NCBI RefSeq assembly: GCF_006345805.1
Contig: NC_043004.1
Span: 99,882,001 to 99,946,000, forward strand
Reading direction: 5' to 3'
Origin: Octopus sinensis
Taxonomy: Eukaryota
DNA length: 64,000 bases
Shown here: in pieces, positions 25,425 through 38,585 of the stretch
Layout of the letters: each line of letters begins with the position of its first letter
How positions within the stretch are numbered: position 1 is the stretch's first letter
Program-made: the position numbers and the translations under genes
Notes under the pieces: model-generated
Seen by the model: the letters and a program-made list of their open reading frames with translations, nothing else
Databases searched by the model: none
What the model was told of the DNA's origin: nothing

Positions 25425-25790
25425 TGTTTGAGCCATTAGACTACGGCCATGCTGGAGCACCGCATTCAAGACTTTTTTAATCGAATGAATCGACTCCAGC
25501 AGTCATATTTTTAAAATTCTGGTGCTTATTCTATCGGTCCCTGCTGCTGGACCACTAAATTAATAGAACGTAAACACACCAACACCAGTTTGACCACTTC
25601 CTGTACCTACACCTGAGCACCATCATGGTATCTGATCTGGCTTTTTAAACCAATGTTCTGAAAAGACACCCACATAGATTGCACCTCTGATTTGGACCAC
25701 CAAAAGCTGCAGATAACTTCTGCTCTTTGTGGATCTTAAAATGTCTTTTGAGGCATCCGTTGGAGTTGCAAGCCTTCTGACATACATACA
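25425..25790 (-). mobile_element. Second RTE-3' / SINE-A-3' chimera, inverted relative to 23690-24040
   Basis: 25519-25790 is the reverse complement of 23780-24040 and continues through the complete SINE A tail. Confidence 0.8.
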
Positions 25791-25889
25791 TGTGTGCAAA
25801 CACACATACATGCATGCATACACGCATGCATACATAAACAAATACATAGTTACATACATAATTCATACATGCATTCATCCATACATACA

Positions 25890-26261
25890 TACGAACCATA
25901 TGGTTCTGAGTTCAGTCCCACTGCGTGCCACCTTGGGCAAGTGATTTCTTCTATAGCCTCGGGTTGACCAAAGTGTTGTGAGTGGATTTGGTAGACGGAA
26001 ACTGAGAGAAGCCCGTCGTATATAAGTATGTATATGTATGTGAGTGTATATGTTTGTGTGTCTATGTTTGTCCCCCTAACATCGCTTGACAACCGATGCT
26101 GGTGTGTTTACGTCCCCGTAAGTTAGCGGCTTGGCAAAAACCGATAAAATAAATACAAGGCTTACATAGAATAAGTCCTGGGGTCGGGTTGTTCGACTAT
26201 AGCCAGTGCCCCAGCATGGCCACAGTCAAATGACTGAAACATGGAAAAGAGTGAAAGAGTG
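25890..26261 (+). mobile_element. SINE family A, near full length
   Basis: GGTTCTGAGTTCAGTCCCACTGCGTG through CACAGTCAAATGACTGAAACA. Confidence 0.88.
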
Positions 26262-27149
26262 TTTCTCGCCGCTCGGGCAAGTTACACATGAGCACACATT
26301 GCAAGTATATGAGTGATTGACTCTGTGCGCTTGTGTTAAGTACACAGACTTCGTTGAATGATTGTCGTCATCAGAGAAAGAGAGAAAGAGAGAGAGGGTG
26401 GGGTCAGAGTGGGTGAGAATCACAAAGAGAGAGATACGACGACAGACAGCGACAGAATGAAAGAATGAACGTTAAGATGCAAGCCAGAATTCTATAGGAA
26501 TTGGAAAACGGAATGATCCGGAGGAGAGCGGAGAGGTTGACCCGTAATACCACAGAAAACATCACACTTAGAAAGTGCATGTGTAATTATTACTTTTTAT
26601 TTTTTTTTGGTGGGTGGGTATGCGGGTGTGACTGCTTCTGGTCACCATTACATCGCTTTTCCACAATAGAATTAATTTCATAATTGTCATGATAAATTTC
26701 ATTTTTTTTTCTCAGCTTCAAGCTAGATGGAAATTCCCTTCGAAATATGTTTGAGATTAAAATTGTTGCACAATTTGTTGATCTATCAAAATTTCTGCAT
26801 TTCAACTTTATCATTTATGGCGCAATTAGAAGTCCATATATATGCATAAATGTAAATATATACGTAACGTATGTGTGTACGCGTGTGCATGTGTGCGTGT
26901 GCGCGTATGTCTGTGCCATTTGCGTACATGCGACTGTGTTTAAGCGGGCTTTTATGTGATATGCATAGATAGTTTGCATATCGTTTTGTATAAGTTATTG
27001 AAAACCACTTATCCTTTCTGATGTTATTTTGCAGTTTCATATACAATTTTCTTGAATGTTGTATAGATTGCAGTCATACATAATTTTCTTTCATTGATAC
27101 GACTCCTCTTGAATATAAATACACAGATGCATACATATACACGAGCACA

Positions 27150-27305
27150 CATACATGTATATATATGCATATATATTATACTTCTATGTGTGTAAATATA
27201 TATATACTTATACATAGTAATATATATATATATACATATGTATATATATATATATATATACTATATATATATATATATAATATATATATATAATATATAC
27301 ATATG

Positions 27306-27337
<32 letters not shown>

Positions 27338-27381
27338 TATATATATATATATATCTATCTATATATATATATACTTATATA

Positions 27382-27468
<87 letters not shown>

Positions 27469-28057
27469 TATATACATATATATATACATATGCATATATA
27501 TATTCATGAAAATACGCACATATATAAATATGTATATACATCAATATACAGTCGTACGAGTGGAGCATACATACGTTTTAACAAACATATGTATATAATA
27601 CATAACCACTATTTATATGTCTTTATGTAGCTTACGAGTGCCTGATGTTTAAATTGTCGGGTATTTATATTATTTTTTAAATATTTATATTACTATGTTT
27701 TCTTTTCTGTAATTTTTTTTCTACAATGCTTATGATATTTTCTTACATGTATGTATGATTCTATGTATATATGTATGTATGCATGCCTGCATGTATATAT
27801 ATATATATATATATATAAACGTATTATTTGTACGATAATGCATGTAGTGTTGTTTCCTCGTTGTTGGTGTAAAATTGAAAACCCATTTCCAGAATTTGAA
27901 ATCAATTACGAATTCCTGATATAAATATTTGCTGTTTGAATCCCGCGTGTATGCGGGTATCTATGTGGGTAGATGTGTATGGGCTGTGTACCTGGATAAC
28001 AATTTACAAATTGACACGCACGCATTTATATATACACAATCCACAAACAAGCAGTTA

Positions 28058-28101
<44 letters not shown>

Positions 28102-29149
28102 TAACTGCATATATATACATATACATATGTGTATGTATGTATGTATGTATGTATGTATGTATGTACGTATGTACATATATATATGTATGTGTATACATTT
28201 ATATTTACGTACGTATATATGTATATCGATATATATATACATATATACAAACATACTTATTCATATATATGCACATAAATATATATATATGTATGTATAT
28301 ATATTTATTTATACATGTAAATATATATATATGTATATATATATATAGGTAATTGCATACATGTAATAATATATGTCTATGTATGTATTTATGTATGCAT
28401 ATATTTTAATATCTATGTTTGCTTAGGTATTAAGGACATCGTAATAATGTGACATCATTCATATTACCAGTATTCCCAGCCATAAGTTCCACGGACCGAG
28501 ATATCTTCCTCCTCCTGCAATATTGTATATATATATATAATATATATATATATATATACATGCATAATACATACATAAATACATACATACTTACAACATA
28601 CATACATACATACATATACATACAAACAGATATATATATATATATTATATATATATATATATATATCTTATAACTATGACAGAATATCGTTTGAATTGAA
28701 ATAGATTTTAAGAAAATATTCAATCAGCATATGTTTCTGTATTCTAATATACGATAGATGAACACACGCACGCACACGCACAAATATACACTCCAAAGGA
28801 AGTACAGAGTCGTACTTATATACGCATATACTTACTTGTGTGCGCGCGCATGTCGGGTGTATGTATGAGTAATTGCATGTATTGCTGGGTTTTGCTTGTG
28901 TGTGTGTTTCTATGTATTCATGTTTGTGTAAATCTGTCTGCAAATTTATATCAATATTTTTTGCGAACCTATTAAAATTCATTGAATTTCACATACGCAC
29001 AATTTGACGCTATCTTACATATATTTTACACAAATATGTGCATGTATATACATATATATTTATATACATAATACATTTATAATATAAAAGCACAACACAG
29101 GTTTATACAGACTTGTAAAATATGTAATATATATATATATAATATATAG

Positions 29150-29183
<34 letters not shown>

Positions 29184-29302
29184 TATATATATACATATAT
29201 ACAAACATATATATATAATGCATATATATATGTGTCTCTCTCTCTATATAATACATACATATATATATACAAACATATATATATATGCATATATATATAT
29301 GC

Positions 29303-29337
<35 letters not shown>

Positions 29338-30057
29338 ATACGCATATATATATGTATATATATATTTTACACACATACACACACAAACACACGCACATAC
29401 ATACACATATAGATTTGTGTGTGTGCGCATACGTCAGGAAATGATTTATTTTGCTAATATACTTTAATCCGCGAGATTGTTTTGTTATATACTTTTACGG
29501 AATGTCTATTAAACAATAATCCATTCAGTATATTAGCAAAACAAACAATTATATACAACTGTAATTATATACGAATGTAAGTGAATAATTTCTCATAAAA
29601 ATGCGATGGTAATTACGCGCATGCGAGCACGTGTATGCATACATGAGTATAACAGTCTGCACACTCACACACACACACATATATATATATATACATATAT
29701 ACAAGAATATCTGTGTGTGTATGTGTGTGTCTATACACAAATGCGCGCACGTATATATTTTTATAAATACGCGTATGCATATGTGTGAGTGTATATGCGT
29801 GTGACCGCGCATGCTTGTTGTTTGCGTGTAGTTTTGTTTGTTTCCGTTTGTTTGTATTAACACGCACGAATATTCATTATATGAGCGTGTACATGTGTAT
29901 TGATATACATCTATAAATATATACATATATATACATACATATAATATTATATCTGTACATATATATATTGTAGATAAATATATATATAATATATATATAA
30001 TAATTAATATATATATACATATATTATATTATATATTATATATGTATATATTTATAT

Positions 30058-30130
<73 letters not shown>

Positions 30131-30140
30131 GTGTTTATAT
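27150..30140. repeat. Long (TA)/(CA)/(TATG) low-complexity field
   Basis: Seen directly; all ORFs here are Ile/Tyr/His/Thr dipeptide repeats. Confidence 0.85.
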
Positions 30141-30600
30141 ACATATATCATATGTGTGAATATGTGCATATATTATATAATTTTATTTAAAAAAAAACGC
30201 ATGTAATCGAACGCCAAACAGTAAATTTATAAATTTACACATTTAATGCTTCAGCAATATAAATAGACAAAGCTTACTTGCATGTTTATCTGCAATTTGA
30301 ATTGAAATTTATCGGAAGATTTACTTAATTGGCTCATTTTTCTGCAATTCCCAGTAAGAAAATAATCTCAGGAAAATATGATTGGTCTGCAAATAGCTAT
30401 CAGAAGCGTTTTCGTATCACACACAACTTTGAATTATATGGAAATGAATGCTGCATGCACGTCTTACAACATATGTATGCATTCGAGTCGCTTCTAACGC
30501 AATCTTCGTGCACGTAATATTTTAATATCATGAAGTTACTTGTTAAATATATCTGATTCAAGCATGCTCATGTGTATACGTATGATTGTTTTATATCTAT

Positions 30601-30795
30601 ATCTCTTTGATCCTTTATTTGTTTCAGTCATTAAGCTGCGATCATGCTGGGACACCGCCTTCCAGAAATTTTCGCTGAATAAATCGACCTCAGTACTTTC
30701 ATTTTGTGATCCTGGTATTTATTGAATCGGGTTCTTTTGATGTAAATACACCAACATCGGTTGTCAAGCAGTGTTGGGGGGACAAACAGACAGAA
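30601..30795 (-). mobile_element. SINE family A, diverged 3' half
   Basis: TTTGTTTCAGTCATT...CACCGCC...CATCGGTTGTCAAGCAGTGTTGGGGGACAAAC. Confidence 0.8.
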
Positions 30796-30916
30796 AGACA
30801 ACAGGTGCACTCAACTGAAACGATGTTGTATTAAAATCTCTAATATCGCAACTACATAGCATCAATATTTATATAATTACGTATTTAAAATAAATAATTA
30901 ATTAATTTGTATTCAG

Positions 30917-31215
30917 CTTCATGTTTCCAGCATCAGTCCCGCGGGCCGACCAAACATTGTGAGTGGATTTGGTAGACGGAAACTGAAAGAAGCCCGTCGT
31001 ATGTATGTATGTGTGTTTGTGTGTCTGTTTGCCCCTCACCATCGCTTGACAACCGATGTTGGTGTGTTTATGTCCCCGTAACCTAGCAGTTCGGTAAAAG
31101 AGACCCGTAGAATAAGAACTAGGCTTACAAAGCATAAGTCCAGGGATCAATTTGTTCGACTAAAGGCGGTGCTCCAGCATGGGCGTAATCAAATGACTGA
31201 AAGAAATTAAAAGAC
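30917..31215 (+). mobile_element. SINE family A, head-truncated
   Basis: GTGAGTGGATTTGGTAGACGGAAACTGAAAGAAGCC through AAATGACTGAAAG. Confidence 0.85.
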
Positions 31216-31399
31216 AGGAATAAACAAGAGTTATTTATCTAATAAAAAGCGAGAGGTGAAAAAGTGATATAAAAGTACCTTAGTAGATCCAAATATTTAT
31301 ATTTATGATGATATTATAATGTCCATTTGTTATCTTTCTCTCCTGACGAAATGAGTAACCACTCAAACTTCAACTTTAGGAATTCCATCTTAGACTTCG

Positions 31400-31760
31400 T
31401 TTTCAATGCTTTTTTTTATTGCCTTTCTGCCTCAGAATACACACATTTATCTGCTCTTCATATATCAATTACTTGTCAAAACAATTGCTCTTTTCTTGCC
31501 TGCGAAATTGGCAGCTGGTTAGTTTCTACCACAACTTCAACTTATAAGCTACTGCTTCTTTCAAACTAAGCCAAACTAGGGTTATAGAATGTACAGTTGC
31601 TCTTTAGTACGTCCTGACATTGTTGTACCATTTCAGCTATCATCGGACCAACTGCACTGTTTCAGCTGCAATAGAATAACGACCAACTCCCCACTTACAT
31701 CATGATTGTCAATGATTTAGACGAAAGAAAGACGTTGTGCCCATACATTCACCTTTCACT
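31400..31760 (-). pseudogene. Possible mariner transposase remnant (HTH to WVPHEL region)
   Basis: Weak: minus strand VNVWAQRL...DNHDVSGELV and VETNQLPISQARKEQ loosely echo the mariner W..RF...D..RSGRP and WVPH.L motifs. Confidence 0.3.
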
Positions 31761-32397
31761 GGACACCAGTTAGATTGATGTAGTTGCTGTTCTTCCTGAG
31801 TAGACTCAGGATATGGCCAAGAGAGAAATTCATGAGGATTGATATTCAGGCGAAAATCTTTATACGGAAGTGGAGTAATGAGGATGCTGCAATTCAGAGC
31901 GCCGAGTAGAGGCTAACTACCTCCGAAGAAGCAGAGGCAACTGCAGTAGCAGTAGAAAAAGTGGAGAGAGGAGTGATCTATTGTGAGACAGAGATAGGAG
32001 TATGTGGGTTAGCGAATTCATAGCGATCATTTGGTAGCCTTTAAGTGAATGTAGTCTAGCGTATCCGTATGTGCTGCAAGAGCCGTTGAAAATACAGAAG
32101 TACATATTTTTGAAGATTTTATTCATTTGTTGAGAGCTGCAGAGTGCATAAGTATTTTTTGACATTCAAGAGGTGTACAGACTACTCGATGCTGTTTTTT
32201 TGTTGTATTATAGGTAAAAGATTGCCAAAGACAGATCATCAGTGGTTTTGAGGCCTCACACTTGCAATGACTTCTTAAAATACGAAGGCGACACAGACAC
32301 ACACACAAAGACATATGTGTGTGTGTGCGTGCGCACGTCTGCGTGTGTGTATATCTCTCACGCTTTCTCTCTCTCTTTCTATACATATGTATATATA

Positions 32398-32468
<71 letters not shown>

Positions 32469-32488
32469 ATGACTGCAGGTATGCAGTA

Positions 32489-32910
32489 ATATATATCTGG
32501 AAGATCCTGGAAGGAATTGTGCCAAATTTTGGCATTGATAGCTACATCAATGCCAGAATGGGACGACACTGCATAGTGCCAAAGGTTCCAGCAATGCCAT
32601 CACACTTCAGGACCAGTTATTGCAACAGCATGGGTTTCAAGGGCCCACAACTTTTTAATATTCTCCCAAAGAGTCTGAGAAACTTGCACAAAGTAGATGT
32701 AGAGATTTTTTTAAATCAAAGCTGGACCTCTTCCTGTCGAGAGTCCCAGATGACTCTACTTCACAGCAAGAGGTGCAAATGAGGGTAGCTATATCAAACT
32801 CCCTGCTTCACCAAGTGCCACATATTAGAGGAGGCTCTTAGTAATAACAGTGTAGCCAAACGGTGGTGCATCAGCATGGTCACAGCTCTGAGCTGAAACT
32901 AGAAAAAAAA
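32489..32910 (+). mobile_element. LINE 3' end (CR1/L2-Jockey group) with short 3' UTR and A-rich tail
   Basis: WKILEGIVPNFG...RMGRHCIVP...GPQLFNILPKSLRNL...KLDLFLSRVPD...SNSL, a typical RT C-terminal motif set of this group. Confidence 0.85.
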
Positions 32911-32920
32911 GAAAAAAAGA

Positions 32921-32952
<32 letters not shown>

Positions 32953-34396
32953 TTACAGGCTTGCTGCACATCTTTCTAGATGTTCCTCTGATTAATCAGT
33001 TATATTAAGGTTGAACCACTTGCTGTGATCTTCCTTAAAATATTCTTGGTCATCTTCAATTTATGGCCAAACCATTTGTTATGGTCTGAGAGAAGACAGA
33101 TTGAAATGCACTTCAGTCGAGCATATTTAATGAAATTATTTTAAAGTGAATAGCAACTTGTGAGAAAATAAATTAAAAAGTGGAAACGATTAGTAACTTG
33201 TGGGAAAATAAATTGAAGTGATTAGCAGGTAGCCGCAAGATAATTGATAGTTATTTGTAGGAAGTTGGAAAATTACTAGTATTGAGCGAAATTTTATAGG
33301 GAAATGTCCGGTATTGATAAGCATCTTATGGGACAATAACCTGTGGAAATTTAGTAGTTTGTGGGAAAATACCTTGAAAGAAATCATTTCGTAGAAATTA
33401 TTTCAAAATTACCAGTATAGGCTTTCTAGGTGAATTCAAAATTACCAGTACAGGTTTTGAAGGTAATTTCAAAATTACCAGTATAGATTTTTCAAATCGA
33501 TAATTGATCTATGTTCAATCATAGGAAACTACTTATGGGTAGCATATAAAACAATATTCTCGCCGTGAAGATGTGACTGATCTAACGTTTTAATTCTTGT
33601 ACTGCATTTGAATACCTGTAACAGAAAAAGTAGATTCCATTTTGAATGAAAGTTAATGAAAAATCACTCTGCCATTTTCTCCCACTCAGACAGGGTCAAA
33701 AATTCCAAAACATTAATTTCTTTCAAACTGTCACGCTAACTAAACTTTTTGCCACTTGTAGAAGCACTTCGTTGTGGTTACCAACCCCATTCATAGCTGA
33801 TGTCTAAGATATAAGGAGACTTTAAATCAGACAACAGAATTAATAAAATATTAAAGACCGATTGTAGATTAAACGATGAATAAATAAATAATAATCATAT
33901 GTTTAGTGTGGCACCATATCATGAAGGTGGCAATTATGATAAAATCTATTAAATTAACTTACACCAATATTCAAATTATTAAACCCGCTTCAGTGGTTTA
34001 AAACATGAAGTTACCTTTTTGTATTTGAGCTCTTTTACACTTTCACGGAATCAGCCATATCTGTTTAGAGACTATAAGATTGGTGAGGTGGTTGATGGTT
34101 AGATCAGACCTGTATGAGTTACAAAGAGTAAAAGATATTTACTCAAGGGAATATTACAGAGCATTACATTTCTGGAGACGAATGGTTCAACTAACAATCG
34201 AGATGACAGTGAAGTTGGTGAAAGGAGAAGAAAGAGGTATAAAATAGGTATAAAAGTAGGGAATACTACTATAGCTAATTCAATGGAGCAGAATCTGATG
34301 TAGAAGAAAAATTATCTTTCGATGACTACAGATACAGTCCATCAGTTGTTAGTTCCCCTTCCAGAGTTAAGTGCCTGAAAGGTAGTCCCATACTTT

Positions 34397-34655
34397 GAAG
34401 GCGCGTGGCTTAGTGGTTAGGGTGTTGGACTCATGATCATAAGATTGTGGTTTCGATTCCTGGACCGGGCAGCGAGTTGTGTTCGTGAGCAAAACATCTC
34501 ATTTCATATTGCTCCAATCCATTCAGCTTTCAAAAATGAGTCATCCTGCGACGGACCGGTATTCCGTCCATGTGGGGTATTTTATATGCCATGAAACTGG
34601 GAAACTGGCCCTTATGAGACGGCACGAGTCCAGAAGGTAACTTTACTTGATACTT
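34397..34655 (+). mobile_element. tRNA-derived SINE family C, older variant with a different 3' tail
   Basis: GGCGCGTGGCTTAGTGGTTAGGG head and GTTGTGTT..TGAGCAA...CATTCAGCT...AAAAATGAGT core as at 45511; the tail is CCTGCGACGGACCGG...GAAACTGGCCCTTATGAG. Confidence 0.85.
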
Positions 34656-35244
34656 TGACTGAGAGGTGGTACCCATATATTAACAGCGATGTCGTTCTCA
34701 TTTATTTGGTTCGAGGATATAAATATACGGTATTAGCTAAGAAAACACCCGTTCATTTTATAGTACTATCACGGTTTACAATAATGTTTCATACGAATAT
34801 GTGTATTTCTCCCCCAGTGGTTTACTCTCATAGAAATAGCAGCCAATCCTCCTTCAAATTATATCCAAGTGTATTAAACACGCGAAGACACCGTGACTGA
34901 CATTGTGACAGGATATTTTTTATTTCTGAAATTAATGGGAGAGTGGCAGGGCTGGAACCATATGGGTCATAAGTCTGCTTCAATGGTTCTGATGCAAGCT
35001 AAAAAAAAATGTCCATCACAAAGAAAAAAACATCAACAACAATAACAGCAGCAACGAAAAAACAAGAAAAAACAGCAATGAATTATGCCTCCACATTCCT
35101 ATAACTCCATATCATCATTCATTAGGGATTTACAGTTAATCACTCATTCTATCTCGATTGGCATTAAAAAAGAAAATAAGTTGCTAATATCGTTACAGCT
35201 TATTTTCACTGTTATTTGTGGAAAGGGAGAATGGATATATATAT

Positions 35245-35350
<106 letters not shown>

Positions 35351-35826
35351 CTGTATCATCATTATGCAGTAGTTACCATCGCTGCAACAACCGCAGCATC
35401 AACATGACACGTGATATATTGTAACAACACCGAGTAATATAAAAAAAGAAAGAAAGAAAGAAAAGGAAGAAAAATACTAAAGAGTCCGAATCTATCTGCT
35501 TTCTATTCTCTTCCACCTCTTTGCAAGAAAATGAATAAAGGAACCTCGAGTGATGTTCCAGTGACAATGTTTTATCATCACACAAGAAGATTATCACCTG
35601 CATCCTTACTTTCTGTCTTTAATCCTTTACTTATAGCCTTCCACCACTTTCGACATGTTCAACAACTTCAAAAGCAAATGCAATCCATCTGAATGAAGTT
35701 TCTACAACAGGTATCTATTTACATACATACATACATACATACAAACATGTATATATATATATATTATATATATATATACATATATATATATATACATATA
35801 TATAAATTAATACATATGTACACACT

Positions 35827-35859
<33 letters not shown>

Positions 35860-35929
35860 GTAATATTTTATAGGTATGCATATATGTCTATCTATATAAT
35901 ATATATGTACATATGCATATATACATACA

Positions 35930-35966
<37 letters not shown>

Positions 35967-36118
35967 CAATTGTTCGTTTGTCTTCCACCTGCCTTCGTCT
36001 TTGTTTATTTTCATAAAGCTTCCCGTTATATATATTATATATATATATATATATATATCCATATATATATAAATACATAAATATATATGTATGTATATGT
36101 ATATATATATGCATACAT

Positions 36119-36197
<79 letters not shown>

Positions 36198-36984
36198 GTA
36201 TATACACAGTGTTTCTCTTCTGCATATAGTTATATATATATATATTCATACACATGCATTTATATACATGTATGTGCATACCTATTTACCGGGCGCACGC
36301 GTATGTATGCGCATGTCAGTATACTTGTATGTGTGAATGCATTCATCTAATAAAAACCAAACACTAGATAAGAGTTTGGAAAAATGAAGAATATGTTATG
36401 GTTGTAAATATGGTTTCAATAATGGTGCACGGAGGACCAAAAATGGAATATATCTGTAAGTATCGCTGCCATAAGTACTATCAGCTCCATTGAGGAACTC
36501 ATTGAAACTATATGATGCCAAACTAAGCAAAAAGAAACCAAAGAGAACAGAAAAATTGGAAGACACTTGTGTAATATGGTGACTTGATAAGAACGTAAGA
36601 ACTTTCTTATGTCCTACATGTTTATTGCTTTTGTATAATAGCGTGTATTTCCTTGGTTTAACTTCATCACTTCGATGGACATTGCACATATACACAAACC
36701 TTGTCACATCTAGCCCCACTCCACTCCTTCGAACATACACACAAGGAGAAAACTCATAAATACATACATTCATGCATGATTATATGCATGTATATATATA
36801 TATATGCATATACACACACTTATGCACACTGTGTAATGGTGCTTATTTAGTTATCTTACTTATGTGAGACTATTACATACATTGTACTGCGTCGTTATAC
36901 CTGGCGTTTAAAAATTCTGACATGCGAAAACTTAATGCACTTATGTAAATATATATAAGAATGTGAACATATACGTTTCGTATG

Positions 36985-37018
<34 letters not shown>

Positions 37019-37025
37019 TGTACGT

Positions 37026-37444
37026 ATACTCTTTACTCTCTTTTACTCTTTTACTTGTTTCATTCATTTGACTGCGGCCATGCTGGAGCACCGCCTTTTA
37101 ATCGAGCAACTCGACCCCGGGACTTATTATTTTGTAAGCCCAGGACTTATTCTATCGGTCTTATAGCCGAACCGCTAGGTGACGGGGACGTAAACACACC
37201 AGCATCGGTTGTCAAGCAATGCTGGGGGGACAAACACAGACACACAAACACACACACGCATATATATATATACATATATACGACGGGCTTCTTTCAGTTT
37301 CCGTCTACCAAATCCACTCACAAGGCATTGGTCGGCCCGAGGCTATAGCAGAAGACACTTGCCCAAGGTGCCACGCAGTGGGACTGAACCCGGAACCATG
37401 TGGTTGGTAAACAAGTTACTTACCACACAGCCACTCCTGCACCT
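37026..37444 (-). mobile_element. SINE family A, full length, long TSD
   Basis: Complete head and tail; ATGTGAACATATACGTTT(C/T)GTATGTA at 36961 and about 37446. Confidence 0.93.
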
Positions 37445-38108
37445 ATGTGAACATATACGTTTTGTATGTATGTTTGTGTGTGTGTGTCTTAGTGTGTGCC
37501 TTAGTATGTATGTGTGTGTGTGTCTGTGTCTGTGTGTGTATTTCTCCAAATATCCAGTTGTTCGACGCCACAGTCCAGAATTGTAATAATTCCCCGGCTT
37601 CTTGTTATTTCAGAAACAGCATTAGTTATAAACTCGACGTTCACCTCACTGAGGGTAAAAGCCACCCACATTAATATCATATGATTTACTTCTCTGATGC
37701 CTCTTAATGTTAAAACGTTTGTAGGTATGATCTACCATAGTTTAATAAACAAATGCTTTTCATAAAAATTTTAATGAACCTACGTTGAGTCCTATTATAG
37801 CTGCGCACCTATCTTGAACAAAATATCAATAAATAAACCCAAAGTCAGAGACCGGGTGACCAAGCAGAACTAACATGTTCACTAAACTTTCAAAGTAACA
37901 AAGAACCCATAGTTTTGAGGTGAAGGTAGCCACAAAATACTCCACTGCGACGAAAATATACAGCCCCAAAAGAAAGCTTCTTTGGGATCATATTTAACAA
38001 GTCCTAATTTGATGTACTGGACAGGCGTAACGTTCAAACATAGTTAAGACACATAGGCAGAAAACGTTGCAAAAATCATGCAGAAACTGCGATAAACCTG
38101 AAGAACTT

Positions 38109-38271
38109 AGGCGCAGGAGTGGCTGTGTGGTAAGTAGGTTGCTATCCAACCACATGGTTCTGGGTTCAGTCCCACTGCGTGGCATCTTGGGCAAGTGTCT
38201 TCTGCTATAGCTTCGGGCCGACCAAAGCCTTGTGAGTGGATTTGGTAGACGGAAACTGAAAGAAGCCTGTC

Positions 38272-38323
<52 letters not shown>

Positions 38324-38585
38324 TGTGTTGGTGTGTGTGGTGTGTATGTATGTTGTGGTGTATATATTTGTGTGTCTGTGTTTGTCCCTCTAGCATTGCT
38401 TGACAACCGATGATGATATATTTACGTCCCCGTCACTTAGCGGTTCGGCAAAAGACACCGATAGAATAAGTACTGGGCTTACAAAGAATAAGTCCCGGGG
38501 TCGATTTGCTCGACTAAAGGCGGTGCTCCAGCATGGCCGCAGTCAAATGACTGAAACAAGTAAAAGAGTAAAGAGTAAAGAGTAA
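38109..38585 (+). mobile_element. SINE family A, full length
   Basis: Starts GGCGCAGGAGTGGCTGTGTGGTAAG and ends (GTAAAGA)n; AACTTA on both flanks. Confidence 0.93.

Noticed and set aside
31343-31382. CTGACGA-AAT-GAGT-AACC-ACTC-AAAC hammerhead-like motif
   Set aside because: G12 is missing and stems I and III do not pair convincingly.
33403-33487. Three ~20-bp repeats with short spacers, superficially CRISPR-like
   Set aside because: Eukaryotic context, spacers only ~14 nt, no cas genes; a simple tandem duplication.
36545-36590. CVIW*/CLIW* CaaX-like ends in the plus frame of the 36530/39112 duplicate
   Set aside because: The second copy has an in-frame TAA just upstream, and there is no codon-position bias in the substitutions.
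37990-38100. LCVLTMFERYACPVH on the minus strand, resembling a GPCR TM3 ERY motif
   Set aside because: Short, closed by a stop within a few codons, with no other TM segments in frame.
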